Source: Tubiluchus corallicola (lineage: Eukaryota; Animalia; Priapulida). From it: a stretch of DNA of 64,000 nt. The notes under the pieces were generated by a model that searched no databases, was not told the origin of the DNA, and worked only from the letters and a program-made list of their open reading frames with translations. The stretch spans positions 1 through 64,000 of the forward strand of contig JAQGDQ010000393.1 of the NCBI GenBank assembly GCA_030141605.1, written 5' to 3'. Of this stretch, positions 1 through 15,200 are shown in pieces. The position numbers and the translations under genes were made by a program. Numbering within the stretch: position 1 is the stretch's first letter; the number at the start of each line of letters is the position of its first letter.

Positions 1-31
1 AGTGTTGTGGCACAATCACTTGATCACTTAC

Positions 32-215
32 CAAGAAGGCCAGCAAGCTTTCCAAAATGCCATCCACTAACATTGACTTTGCATACGTCATATTGCCAAT
101 TACAGGTAACGGTAAACCCATAGATATTATGTACAATAACTTCATTTCCTGAACGGATCACAGTCGTGTTGTCTCGCTCAATCGGAAGATCTTGCATCTT
201 GTCGTTAACGTAAAC
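32..215 (-). CDS. LLTP exon 52 (VWD)
   Basis: VYVNDKMQDLP...CKVNVSGWHFGKLAGLL, donor GTAAGT, phase 0-1. Confidence 0.92.
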
Positions 216-3200
216 CTAAAAATTTCACAAATATAAAAATAATTAAAACAAATTTTTGTAACTAAATGGCAACAAACAAAAAGTCACATATTTCTGACAT
301 AGACACACATACATGATTTTCACATACACTATACACACATAGACAATACATACATCCATAATACACACATACATGATTTTCACATACACTATACACACAT
401 ACACAATACATACATCCATAATACACACATACACGATACACACATACACAACACATATATCCATAATACACACATACATGATATACACGTACACGATAGA
501 CACATACACAATACATACATCCATAATACACACATACGTGATACACACGTACACGACAGACATGCACACGATACACACATATGCGATACACATGTATGCA
601 ATACACAAAGTACACAATACACACGTACACAATACACACGTACACGATAGATACATGCACAATACACACATACACACATAAGGGATACACACATGTGATA
701 CACATGTACACGATAAACACATAAGGTTTACACACACGCGATACACACGTACATGATAGACACGTGCACGATACATACTTACACAATACACACGTATACG
801 ATAGACACACATATGATATACACGTACACAATACACACCGATACGACAGACACATGCACAATACGCACATACACGATACACAAATAAGGGATACACACAT
901 GCGATACACACGTACACGATACACACATACACGATACACACACTATACACATGTATACGATAGATACACATGTACACAATACACACATATACACACAGAT
1001 AATACACACATACTCTGTTCTCAAAATTTAGCTTTGCTGTTTCAACTTACCTTGAAGTCGGGTTTAATTTCAATGTTGCTCTTTCCGGTTAAAACAATAA
1101 TGCTCTTCTTTGTAGGTTTAGACTCGACAGTTGTGTAATCAATTATTACGCTAAACATTCCTCCTATGAAGTCATGAGTGAGAACGTAATTGCAGCCGCC
1201 ACTTGCAAATTCATACGGTTTGCTATCAAATGTTACATAATGTTGACTTCCAGCCTGAATTGCCATGCCTGAAACACAGAAATAATATCTATATGACGCA
1301 ATATAGAGGCTCAATAGCGATTCAAGAGACGAAACTTTGGCAGTGAGTTAAGATCTTGCATAAGTTTACAGTTTATTAAAGTTTGCACATATTATACATT
1401 TGTACATATATGTTTATATATGTTTGTACAACAATAAAAGATACATATCATACCTTCAAAAGGCGGCAGCCATTTTCTAATCTCGTTGGAAGGTTTGTAT
1501 GCATAGTATGAGTCCCAAGGACTGTATGTACTGTCAGGAATCAAAGGCTTAACATGTCTCCTCCAAGTTCTTCTCAATGTGATATATTCCGGCATTTGTT
1601 CTAAGTAAAATAAAACAATTATTAATTTTACCATAGTAATAACTCTCAAATATTGTACACTGCAAACTTTTCATGACAATACTTTAATGTAAAGCTTTGC
1701 TTTGTTAATTCATTCGGGCTATTAGTTAAAAAGTTTCATAAAGCTTCACTTAAGTAATTATGTCAAAGGGTTTATTTGATATTTTCACACAATTATATAA
1801 AAGTTAACATGTTATGGCAACTGGAAAGCATAAACAATGGACATTGGTAGAATAAAATGGATTTCGTTACTATAATGCATTTGCAAATAAACATTTCGCA
1901 TAGATTACTACTCTTAAAGCAAATTGGGTTAGACAATGTACACAAAGCATTTTCATGATTTGTCATAATAAAAAAATTCAACGACATGTTAGCAAAGTGG
2001 CACAGTTTTGGTTCCACTAAGTGCACTACTTTTGTGACCCAGGACACGTCAACAGCACTTACCAATAAGCGGGAATTCGTTAAAATCAACCCACTCAAAT
2101 GGCAGGAATATATCAAACATGATTTCTCCATTTTCGACATCATTTACAATAAAGTGTATTGGCTCTTTGTAATTCCATTTAGTAACACTTTCCAGATAAT
2201 TCTTCAACTGGTCAGTTAAGTACTTTTTAAATTCAACTTGCTCAACCTGAAAAATACAATATTGCTTATAATTTTCTGTGATATCTCACTTCCCTTTTAT
2301 TATAACAGGAATTCCTCAAAATGGTTTTTTTTGAAATGCAAAATTCCTGATACCCTTGCCTTTTCATAGCCAGCTCTGGCTAGGTCAGAAATGTACTTGA
2401 CATTTTTATTTTCCAAGGCAGAATTGTATACTTCTCTTGCTTTGTTTTGTGCATCATCCATGTAGCGGCTGTACTTTGAAATGGCTTCAGATGAAAGAGA
2501 AGTCAGTTTTTCCTACAAAATGAAGAACTAAAATGTTTATTACTCTTACAGGCATGAAATAAGCATCCTGTTAAAAAAATCAGTAACAGTTGGTCAATAA
2601 AAGTAATAAAAGTAAACTAATTCCTTCTGCAGAGGATTTCTAAATCTCTAGAACAATAAATTAAACTGAAAAAAGGAAGTATAAAACTTCAGATTGTGAA
2701 ACGGTAAAACAAAATGTAGATGATAATAACGTATTTCACAGTAATTTCCCCATACATGTAGATATTTTCTGCATACATACATATAGCATCAAAGCAGCCA
2801 AAAGTAAATAACATTTACTGTCGTTTACCTGGCCGGTATAATAAACATCTGTCGCAGCATTCCAGTAACCTCTTTTGACTGAATGGAACCCATCGTACGC
2901 ATTGTACCAGTGTCTTTGCGCTTTCTTCACATATTTGTGTCCAGTTATTTTCTCTGCCATTGTGAAATACTTGTCTGAAATCAAATTACATTAATTTAGT
3001 TATAATAAAATCCATTACAAGATTTAGTCCATAACTGTTGAAGTAGTGCGAGATTTAATAATGGTGTTAAGAGTACAAAGTGAAATCTCGGTTTTCAAAA
3101 TTGCATTCCTGTTCAAAAATCTGGACATTATATTATGAAAAAAGAAATTATCACACACCTTGCAATTAAATAAAATGGAAAAATGGAATCAGTAAAAACA

Positions 3201-6200
3201 GAAGTTGTCGTATCAACTCATATACTATTAGAAACTCATAAAAAGACTGTTAAATAATTAAACAGATTGCAGTAAATTTGAGCAGTTATTAGTGACTTTT
3301 GGAAACATGGAAAAAATAAACGTACCACTCAGTGAATTTTTGATATCAGACATCTTTGTACTGAGATTGCAGAAGAAATCTTTGATGTCAGAAGCAAAAG
3401 TACGTAGATGCCTCTCAATGGTACGTGGAAGATTTCGCAATGAAGTCTGAAAGTAAATGTGACTTAAACATTCTATGTTGTGCCAGTGTCAGTTGCTACT
3501 GTGCAATTTCTGAACTTACCTAACTATTTAGTACTTAACAGCATTCTGACTGCATATGCTGTTTTTACTGTTTTGTTTCAAAAGTTATCGGATGGCACCA
3601 CCTGCACGGGTGTGTCTAGGAAAGCCTGTGGACTCCTTATATCATTATATGTGAAGTGGGAAAGTTGTAAAGTCATATGACAGAACTTATCTATCACCAA
3701 ACAAACAAGATGGGTGAAAGAATTTTTCTTATTACAAGAATACCGCAAAAAGTAGTTGTTTTTCAATAATATGATAAAAAAGCAAGAAAAGTACAGCTGG
3801 TAGCCAAATTACACATAATGCAAACTACTTTTTTTCAAATAGGTACTATATAAGTTGTTTCATTGCAGCAGAGAAATTAGATGAAACCTCAACGGTAAGT
3901 GCTGTGTATTCTGTTCAAGAGAATGGACTAGTTTTTGCAAATTTAAATTTTTGCCCATAACTTAAACTGCAGCTTGGAATTATCATTATCAGGTTGGAAC
4001 TATAGTGGGATTTGTTTGGCTTGATAAGTTCTACAAAGTGGTATAAAGTTTGTATGTCTAGAGCATTTCAAAGAAAATATACAGCCATTTAAAAAGTGGG
4101 CATTTTTGAAGAGTCATTAGAGAAATCCATATTTTTTATGTAGAGTTTCTAAGGCCCATTTCACAGTGAGGATGCAAGGAAAAATGACGGCACGAATTTG
4201 CTGCGAGAAAATTAAAAAAATTTCAGAAAATTTCCGATTTTTCTCAAAATCCCACTTTTTTCCACGAGTCCAGTTAGGTGCAGATACTTTGCGAGTTTTA
4301 TACTGTATAATCATGCCTAAATTAAGTAACTTGCCGTATTTTTCATACACAAAATACAATTAAAAATGCTAGTCAGTGTAATGTCAGACCTGTTTTTTTT
4401 AGTAAAGTTCTACTAAACACTTCAAAATATGAAAATATACATGTGTGTCTTATTTTTGTTTTTCAGGAATATAGCCATCGATGCCGTGTTAATAAAAAAT
4501 AAAATTGTCAGTCTGTTAAAAGAGAGATTAAATCTTAGAATTTTATGCTGAAATGTGTTAATTGTTGTTCGTTAAATAAGAAATAAGCAATGTAGTAGTT
4601 AAATTCAAGACTGAACTCTGCGAGGACTACTCAGAAAAAAAGGAACATGCAGTATTTCTACCGAGGGGAAAATTCCTCACAAGGAGGACGCATAGCTTCT
4701 AGCTGGCAGCAAAATTTCTTATGAGGAACTGGATGAGAAATTTTAAAGCACATCCTCACTGTGAAATGCGCGATAGAAAACAACATGTTCCATTTTCGCG
4801 AGGAATGCTGCAAGGAATTTCTTCTCGAGGAGTTTTGCAGCACGTCCTCACTGTGAAATGGGCCTAAGTGTTACGCAGAAGTAAAATGCTCTAATTAACA
4901 TCAACAATAAGATTTTGCACATGGGCATAACAATGATGTTGCACGATATATATAATAATTAAATTTTACACTCACTGGAAACTTCCTCTCAACATAAGAT
5001 GCTAAATTGAACATGCCATCATAGACACATCTGGCATAATATCCAGCTTGTTGAACAACAGGCTCTAGCAGCTCCACTAATTCTTCATATCTAACAGTAT
5101 TACAAAAACATTATTAAAAACTCAAATGATTTTCATTTGCATTTGTTTCTACTGTATCAAAAATACAACTTCACAAAATATAAATAATAGAAATGTTCTT
5201 ACAAGTGATTCTGTCCTTTCTCTAGAAAACAACATACAAATTCTCTCCTTTTTTTACATATCTTCCATCCTGACAATTTTCTTACTTTTCTTAGTATTCA
5301 CTTTATATGAGCGATCAGGCACTAAAAGGTTTTTTTCGTTTTGAAAGAAACAAGATTAGATCCTGAGCTCCACACTATGATTAGAGCACCCAACTGTCAT
5401 ATGGTGCATGCTTGACAAAGATTATTCACAATTTGGCCAAGCACACTGGCAAACACGTGCCAAGTGCAAAAATACAGCTAGTTTCAAAAGCGAATGACTC
5501 GGATCACTCATTAATCTACATTCTCTAAAGATTTGTTCGTACTAAATGTGCTGTTAGGTATCCATTGGCCAATGTCTTTTAACATATAAAAATGATACGA
5601 TATGCTACAGTATAAAAAATAATACCTTTGTCCAGCCTGGTCTTTCGCAATAGAATATTGTTCTGATACAACGTCAGACATTTTATTGTACTGCTCCTGC
5701 ACCACAGGATCTATTGTTTCCACATACCAGTTCTTTGCATCTGAACCATACATGTCAATTTGTCTCATTGCGTCATCGTAAGTGTCACTCATATCATGGA
5801 GTCCTGCAGAAACTTTCTTCTCTATTTTCCTGCAAGGTAAAAGTTTTCACTGAATTTAAAATAAACTGTTTTCATCTACATCTAATTACAGCAAAACTGC
5901 ATCAATTTAGTTTATTTAATAAATTTATTAATTTTATTTTATTTAATTGATTTGTTAATTTTATTTAATTTGACTTAAATATTTTATTAACTAATTAATT
6001 TGCAAATTATAATTTATAATTAATTTACTTACTAATTACTGTTACTAATTAATTAATTTATTTTTTATTTAGCTTTATTAAATTAAATAAAATTTGTGGC
6101 AAGTCCAGACCAGTCAGTCTCAAGATTGTTTACCTTATCCCAAAGACAGTATGAACTGTGCACTCCTGGAAAAAAGTACTTAGTACTGCTCTCTTAAGAA

Positions 6201-9200
6201 GTGACAAAAATTGTTAAAAAAGGCTCATATAAACACATTGTCTTTGAATACGTTCAAAAAAGTACTAATTACTACTCTATTAATAATAAAGGGTTAAGAC
6301 ATTGTTAAAAAAGCCCATATAAAGGTGCTGGCTTTCATTATGTTCATTGTTTACACAAAGAACAAACATTTTATCTGAGACAACTAATTCTAATAATGCA
6401 GTTTACCGGACAGATCTTGCTGCCTTGTCGTATGCATCCCAATTGTAGTCGATAGTACGCAGGTTACGCAAGTGCTGTGTGTTATCATAGTACATTGCTT
6501 CCAAATCATCAGACATTTCACTCACTATCACACCGGCCTCATTGTACAATGCTGTAATCTGGAATGTTGGAAAAGGTACAAGAGTCAGATAATAATTTTA
6601 AAAAAGTGCAATAATAATATTCTATATGAAAATATCCAGTTTTAAACTGTAAGTGGTTCCTGTCAATCTATTGTAAATTACGTATGCATACATTTAACTT
6701 GTTAAACTGATGTAGGACTAGTTTTTTGCTTCTTCGCCTATTTAGTAACTTTTGCATGAAACTGGTGACATTGGTGGTGTCACTCAATTCTAACATGCTC
6801 GTTTACCACCCAGGATGTTGTGGGTTCAAATCTCGAACGAGTCATACCAAAACCTTGAAAAATGGTACCACAGATTCTTTGGCCAAGCACACGTGTTTAT
6901 CGAAGTAACGTGCGGGTAATAATAATCGGGACCACCTTGGAAATAAGTATGGAATTACTTAAGGTGTTATCCTTGGACTACGTCCTAAACGAAATTATTA
7001 TATTGGTAGATTGTGCTTAGTTAACAAAAGACAACATTTACCATTGGCCTGGAACCTTGTGTTTCCACGTCAATCTGGTATCTGCGTGATTCTATTTCCC
7101 TCCTGACATTTCTAATGGCTGCATCCCAGTTTACACCACTGTCAAACGTCCTGTCCAACTCATTCTGTAATTGAAGTAAAGGAAATGAAAATTACCTTAT
7201 AACCATGGCCGGATTATAACCTTTTGGGCCCCTGGGTTAATGAAACTAAGGATATTTTTTACTCCTGATATATTTTAGCCACATTTGCACAGCTTGAAGT
7301 AAAGTCATTGCAAATTCCTTAAATAACCTAAAATGCCTGTATTTTGTTGGTAAATAAAAATATTCTTTAAAGAATACCACTATTTTACTATTTACTATTT
7401 GCAAGCAAAATTAGCACATATTTCAAAACAACCGTAGTGAAAAAACAGACTTTTTTACAAAATATTACCAAAACTTGCAGGGCCCTAAGTTGCAGCCTAT
7501 AGGGCTAATCGAAACACAATCGAGCCCTGTTTACAACGATAAAAAATGAAACTATAACAGTACAGATTGTTAAAAAGTACTCTAAAGTAAAAATTCTGGA
7601 AGATGAATTCCTTTAGTTTGCAACAAACAGATAATTCACCGAGGCAGTCTTAGCAAATTCAGTGCTGATATGTATTTTCCCACAAACAACACAAAATACT
7701 CTTTGTAATTATTTAGTTGTTTTACTGTTCAAAATCCAAACAAAATTGGACATTGCATTTTGATACACTAGTATCCAGTGGCGACCTGTAGTTAAAATTA
7801 CTGGGGGTGCTGCTTTAGACAATTTTTAGTCTTTGTTTTATTACTGTGCAACACAAAACAAACAAGTGTAATTTTAATGTTGTAATTTGTAATTGTAATT
7901 TTAAACAAACAAACACAGGAAACTTTGTGCATGAACTTGATAAAATCCTAAACAAAAATTTTTTGCTGACGAATAGTATAAATACCCACAGTTCAAGAAT
8001 ATATCGGTATGCAGTTTTTAAGCACGTGATAACTGACAACAAACTGTGTGAGTGGCAGTACTTTTTCTACCTAGCAGCATATGCTAGCAGTGCAGTGTAC
8101 AGGGTGTTATCTGAGATATTTACGCATGGCCGCATGCGCACAACAGTCAAACACCACGTTGCTTGAGCTGTGAGCGCACTGTGCTGGGTTGCGAAGCAAA
8201 CAGTACTGCCCTCATGTGCTCTGGTTCCGTACAAGTATAAAGAACGAACTAAAGAAAAACCTTATTATATTCGATATTATCGATAACATTCAAAGAAAAT
8301 AGGGAGTTGTTGCAACTCCACATTACCTATTCACGAGCTGCCACTGCTGGTATCGTTGCACACAAAGAAGCTACAAAGATTCAATATCAATTCAAAAGTG
8401 CAAGTGTAACGCATTCCTACTTTAGCAATTATGGGAAAACATAATTAAGTTAATTACCGAAACTTGACTGTAAAGGTTTGGCTTCCAATGCAAGTGACCA
8501 TGTAAAATGTGTGACGTGTTCAGGCGTGTTTCCGCTACGAGATAGTCTTCAATGCGATTATATCTTCCTCTATGGTATGAATGCACCTTTATTGCAGTAC
8601 TGTTCACGTAACCACCCTCGATTACAAATACATCTTCCGGTCTTTCTGCAGTGCAACAAAAGTAAAAATAATAAACTCGGCTTGTTTAACTCACTGGTAA
8701 TACATCCAACTTTCTGTCCCAAGCCATAAATTATGTAAAATGGCAGGATAATATTAAAAATTTAACTACAGTAAATGGTACCATCTAACTGTTTCATCAA
8801 ACACGTGGATATATTGAAGGCAAAAACAAGAACTCGTGTAACTTTTTTAATGTCAGGTTCCTGATTCATCTGTCATTAATAATATCACATTAAACAACTG
8901 TTGTAATTCATGCGACTGCATATAGTACAATTACGACTTACAAGTTGAACCTGATTAACTTGCTGGCCATTAAGAAATTTCACTTTTTACGCAATATTGG
9001 TTCTAATTTTGTTACAATGAGTACTTCCAGGTAAAAACAGCCAATGGATCTATTAAGAGGGATTCTTAAGCTCTGTAACGATCATATTTTTGTGTCAAGA
9101 CCATGCTTCAACTTTGTGCGTTTTTGGTAAATTTATTAAGTGTTTTGCGCTGCTCTGTTCAGTATATGAAGCATTTTTCCTGGGGTACCGATGGATTTTT

Positions 9201-12200
9201 CTAGGGTATCTAGGGGCGAGTTAAAAAACAATGCAATTGCACTACTTTACAATCGTGTGTATTATACTGTTAGTTAAAAAAATAACGGTAACAACCTTAA
9301 CACAATGGGTACAAGTATCTAACTGCAATTATACCAATTGTTTAATAACTTACCTAAATGAATGTAAACACTTTTCTTAAATTAGTTGGTAACTAACAAT
9401 ATCATTAATTAGCTAAACTATAACTGTGATTAGCAGAGTGTTTGTAAACCACTGCAGTTTATTTTTAATGATTTTTACCAATTGCAGGTAATGAGTTGCA
9501 GAAAGAGAAGAGTTTTGGGGACTAGTCAGACGGTAAAGGTTTTTCAACCGTTAATTAATGAATGCAAACTCACCAGTGTCTTTTACGATTACAACTTTGA
9601 CATTTTTCAAAGGCGACAATGTCACCTCGCCATCCAAACTCATCACTTTGTAGCCGCTGCGACTTGTAGCCGATAAAACGTAACTATGACCATCTTCTGT
9701 ATCAACTTCATCCAGATAGGCTATAACTGTCCAATCCTTTACTGGGCTTTCAATCTGAAAAACAGAAATCATTCGCATTCTGCCATTTTTCTTTTAATTG
9801 TGATAACAAAAGTCATTAAAACTTTTGAGAGAGCCTGACAAGCAGCTTCTATGCAGGGTGAAGGTAATTAAGCTATAAGGTCACAAAAATTTGATCATAC
9901 AAGTTAACAGAACAGGTGACCTGTAGTGAAAAATGTAAAATCACACGTCTCAATCTGTTTACATCTATTTCACAGCACCCATGAAACTTAGATCTTATCC
10001 CTACTCATTCATAATGAGAAAAGAAGCTATGATTACTAGCATAATGAGTGACAGAAACCAAACCACAAAGTTTGAGTTAATATAGAAAAAAGCCACAAAA
10101 TATTTACGCAAACACTGTGCAGGGTTCCCACGGAATTTTGAAATAAATTTCCCGGATTTTCCCCTGACCAAATATTGATTTTCTATGACCAGTACTTTTC
10201 TATGATAAGCAGAAATTGCAGTGCCAGTACACACATTCAAACATTTTTCTGTATGAACATTCATACATATACTGATATATAATGAGTCGGCAGTAGTGCT
10301 AACAAAATTACACTAATCACATTAAATAGACTTTCTTAATCCGATCATTATTTTTGGAACAGAAATTGAAACTGGGAGCCTGTCATAGGAAAACTTTATT
10401 TGAACACGAATCGCTAGAAAATATGTTTCGAAAAATATCGGTTCACGGTGATTATTTTTGCAACCCTTTCCAATTTCCCTGACTTTTCACCCCATTTTCA
10501 TTATTTTCCCTGACTTTTTACCAAATTATCTTTTTCCCCCGACTTTCCAGGATAGCCTGTATTTTCAAGGATATTCCATGACTGTGGGAAGCCTGACTAA
10601 GGGTGCAATAAACAAATTAAATGGAAGAATTGATAGAAAAGTTGAATGAGACATTACCTCGAACTTTAGTTCATTTGCAGAATAATCCACATGACTAAGC
10701 AGACGGAGTTTTCTTTCCTCACCAGTAGTAAGTCTGTACGATGCTTGACCACTCACTTCAACTAGATCTGGACTTGCATAACCATATCCCCAGATTCTGC
10801 AAACAATATATTTGTCAATAAAGCACAAACTTGTTTTCATAGGAGCACAAGCCAAAATAGAATCATTAGAAAATCCAATGTTTAATAATAAAATGTTTGT
10901 TAATATTGATTTGTTAATATGCCGCTTAATAGATTCACGTTGTGACCGAAGTGTTTTGACCCAATTAACCGACTGAACCTATTAACCGATGGGTGTTGTA
11001 TTACAGGTATAGAAGTATGAGTCACCAGCTTACTATGCACAGCAAAGGTTTTTAATGAATTTTAGAAATGAAGTAATGCCTAAATTCGTTTGTCCAGTTG
11101 AAAATTTAAAAAAATATATTTCAAAATATATTAATTTATATAAGTAAATTAGCAATAAATTAAAAAGCATACTTTTTTAAATCACACAAGTCTGTTTATT
11201 TGCAAAAATTACAAAAATTCCTTCAAGGTCGGGTGCTTCATTTTATCGCGAAGAAGTTGGCCCGCAAAGTTCTCATAATGAGAAAAACGTTGAAAATATG
11301 TTGTTCAGTGATGCATAAGTTCTCATAAAATATTTAGTGCTTGGCGTGCTTAAACTGTTGGTGGTGCCCATGTTTCCCATCAGCTTCGTCTAAGCTCCCG
11401 ATTGCTATGGTGACATAAATACTATACTGTACCTGCATCCCTGGCATAACAGTAACATCTAACTGATTGAACTTTCTGGCGAAGACAGCCAGAGATTCAA
11501 AAGCAAAACCCTAAGCAACTGATTAAATGTTTAACTTCCAGGAATTCTTGGGTAACAAGGTTAATTACAGTGGACGGGCGGGTCAAACCAAACCATTAGG
11601 CTAGCATATTGACCTATGACCTTCCTGTTTACAAACAAAATGACACTTAACATGATTGTTTCTATATATATTATAGGTCAACAGCAAACTAAGATGATAT
11701 AAAAGTCATTAAAGCTTATTAGTCAGACGAAAGTGTCTTATTGAAGCATGTGAAGCAAAAAATTGAGTCAATTATGTGGAGTTTTTTTAATCAAGTACCA
11801 ACAGTTTTACGTACATTAGAATAGAAGCGGCCCATACCAAGCGTTTTTGAGTCAATTAAGCAATTGAGTCTATTAACCGTGAGTCTATCAAGCAGCGCCT
11901 ACTGTATCTTAAAAAACTGGGCAAAAATTTTTTTACTGCATTAATTCGTATTTATTTTTCATTGTGCAAAAACTGTAAATTCTATACAAAATTAATAATA
12001 CCTGATATGTAAATTAGTTGCTGGATGACTTGCAGTCATATCAACAGTGTAATTAGTGTTGCCATACTGCTTCCTGTTGTAGATTCCAAATTTCAGGGAA
12101 ACATCATTATGTTCACCGGGAGCATAGGACAAGGTACTCTCATACAGGAATGGAATTGGTCTATCCCAGTCATTGAAGCTCAGCTTAGAGCTCATAACTA

Positions 12201-15200
12201 TGTCCTGCAATAAGAAATCATCGAAACACTGATGAAGAAATAAAAGTAGCTTGTTTCAAGTTGTCATTGCTTTACCTGATCTAAGATTATTTGTTAGAGT
12301 AAACATGTAATTATAATAGCTTATTAACAACAAGTAATTACAACTTATCATAATAAATTATTTTAATTAATGTTGAGTTGTTATTTCTGAAGCAAAATAT
12401 TATTTATTTCCTAATTTGTTTGCCATGGAACAAATGGGGCAGAACGTACTGTACAATACAGGTAACTTTAAAGGAAGAGAAGGCATTATTTACCTAATTA
12501 TTATGATAGTTTCCTATCAAACACGAACTTTGGAGCTTAGCACACGGTTATTTATGAATTAATAGAGGAAAAGTTAAAAGAAAAAGAAAAAATCACTTCT
12601 GAGTATTAATTATTAAGTTATAGCATCTTACAAACCAATAAACTATTATTCTTCTCTTGGAGCTGTTAAGTCTCGTGTAATAAACGTTTCTGGCGCCATT
12701 AGTAAAGAAAATGTACCACTTTCCTGTAATTCTATATTCATCCGTACAAAAATTAAATTATCATTACTTCTCACAAGAACTTACCTTTTGCAGCTCGGGG
12801 TGTTTGAAGATAATCTTTGTGTTGTACTCGGGTTCTGATTCCCAACTCGTGGAGATGGTCACAGATGTCTTCTTCGACTCATCTCTATCGTAATCCCACC
12901 AGAACAAAGCCGTGTGTGTTGTTTCATAACTTGATGTAACACTGTTCAGTTGAAGGTCAACAGTCCGAGACGGCAGGACCAGCTATAAGTATTGTAAATA
13001 TGTAAGCCAATTATATATGTAAATATTACTAATGTACTGTATGTCTGTGTCGCGTTAATGCACTATTTATGTCCAAATAAATAACAAATAATACTACTAA
13101 TAATAATAATGTTATTTTGCAAATCACAGCTTTAATTATCTTTAATTATTATAATTTCAAGATTGCTATTAATTATGTTACAAGTGCACAACTAAGTAAA
13201 TTTTGATTATAATGATCTTATCATTATGGTTATTATTACTAACGACACACAGTAATTTCAGGCTAAAAATTAACCAAAATGAAAAAAAGCTAGAATCGCT
13301 CTAGTGTGAGCGATTTAACATTGGAAAGGCCGAATTTGGTTGGCCAGCTGCTACCGAGAGAACTCTTGACTGCTTTGATCTCTCGGGAGTAAGGTTCTCC
13401 AGTCGTCTAAGGCAGTTGCCTTGTAAGCATAAAGTCCAAGTTCAAATCTAGTGTGTGTTCTACATTTTTCACGTTTCTTTTCATTCAAGTTTGATATCAA
13501 AACCTAATTAATTGTGGGTTTTTACCATCATCTTTGAATATCTATACTTTGACTTAATAACCAAAATAAGTAAAGTTGTCATGAATAGTACCTTTGTATC
13601 GATGTTGTATTCTGTATCCAAGTTCAGAAACTCAACTGCATATCCAACTTTTTTACCTAGGCGTTTGTTCCATTCATAATCAAACTGATGTGTAAATCTT
13701 CCTGGCGCCTTGTCAAAACTAGTCTGCATTGTCACCTGTGCGCAAAAAAGTGTTTACGAATTGCAACAGATTAACAATTTTATGAAGAAGAATAAAGTTT
13801 TCTCTGTAAAATATAAATGCTGAGCAATACTTATGCGGCTTACGTGATGATCCGGACAAGTCGTTTCAATAATTATGGAATGACTTGTAACATATTTGTC
13901 ACTTTTATCCTCGTACGTCAACACAACATCAGATTTCTCCCTGCCACTTTCTAACCATTTCACTGTTAAAAACAAAATGAAATATGTGTGAACGCAAACC
14001 AAAGCCATCCACAAGTTTCGGCTTAGTTAAAAATATGTTATAACACTTTTTTCTTTTTTATTTAAACAAATGGTAAATATATTGATTCTAGCATCAAATT
14101 ATCAAGAAAATGTTAAAGAAGTACTAAAAATTAAATTTTATAACTCCATACCCACTTTTCTGGCTAAAAACTAGTATTGAAATTATCAAAAACTTATGTT
14201 TTCGAACTCTGATAGTTGCTCGTGGAAGCAGTTATTTAGCCATGGGTATTTTCTGTTTTGAAGCCCAGATCTTAGTCAGGAAGAGCTGGATTGAAACATA
14301 ACTTCAATGTGTTCTTGCAAAGTCCATAGCAACCAGCCTTTTGTATGGTTGCTAAGTGTTTTGTAGAAGTGCCACAAAGAACAATGGCTAACTTTAACAG
14401 AGATTTTCTCAAGATTGTTTTTCAGTGCGTAGCCTGCAGGTCAATGTGGATTTTCTCACCTTAGAAATAACATAGAGCAATGAGGTCATTATCAAATGGT
14501 TCTCATGAAATGGAGATTCAGGATATGTGAATAACTAGAAAAGCTTAATTGCCGACTTATGGATGTTTTTGCTATGCAAGCACACATATAATAATAATAA
14601 TAATCATAGCTCCAAGAATGTGAAATTCTAAGTTACATTTTTAAATGTGTGCAGCTAATGACAAGCAGTGTTACAAAAATTCAAAGCACTGAAAAGACAA
14701 TGAGGAGGATATATTCAACGAACAACATATTTTTTAATTTGTTTGCAATAAATTAACTCGAACATGTTTTAAAAAATTGATACTTACTGTTATACTTATA
14801 TACCATCCCTTCAACTAATCTCTCAAGTAAAAGCTTCTGCTCGGGGTTGGAACCTTGTTGCATGAATATATCCACATTCACTTTGTCATATAAACTCCTC
14901 CTGTCCATCCTAACCTTGTACCCAGTATACAAAACCTATGAATCAAAAAAGTTATCTTAGCAGACCTATCAAATAATCTGTTCTGCTGTGCAGGGCTCAC
15001 GCGTGGAAATGGGCTAACATCTACAAGTTGTGGCAATTAAACCAATTTGAATCCTCATTTTAACAAAACAAAACAAGTGTAAACAAACCTTTAGTCTGGC
15101 GTGCTGCCACTAATGTAAGGTAATTTATATTCACATCAGTACAACAGTACAGAACATACACATGTACAAAAATAGACTTATAACCAAAATAACAAAATAA

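Noticed and set aside
243-1138. Long Cys/Val/Tyr- or His/Thr-rich ORFs
   Set aside because: Translations of the AC-rich satellite on both strands.
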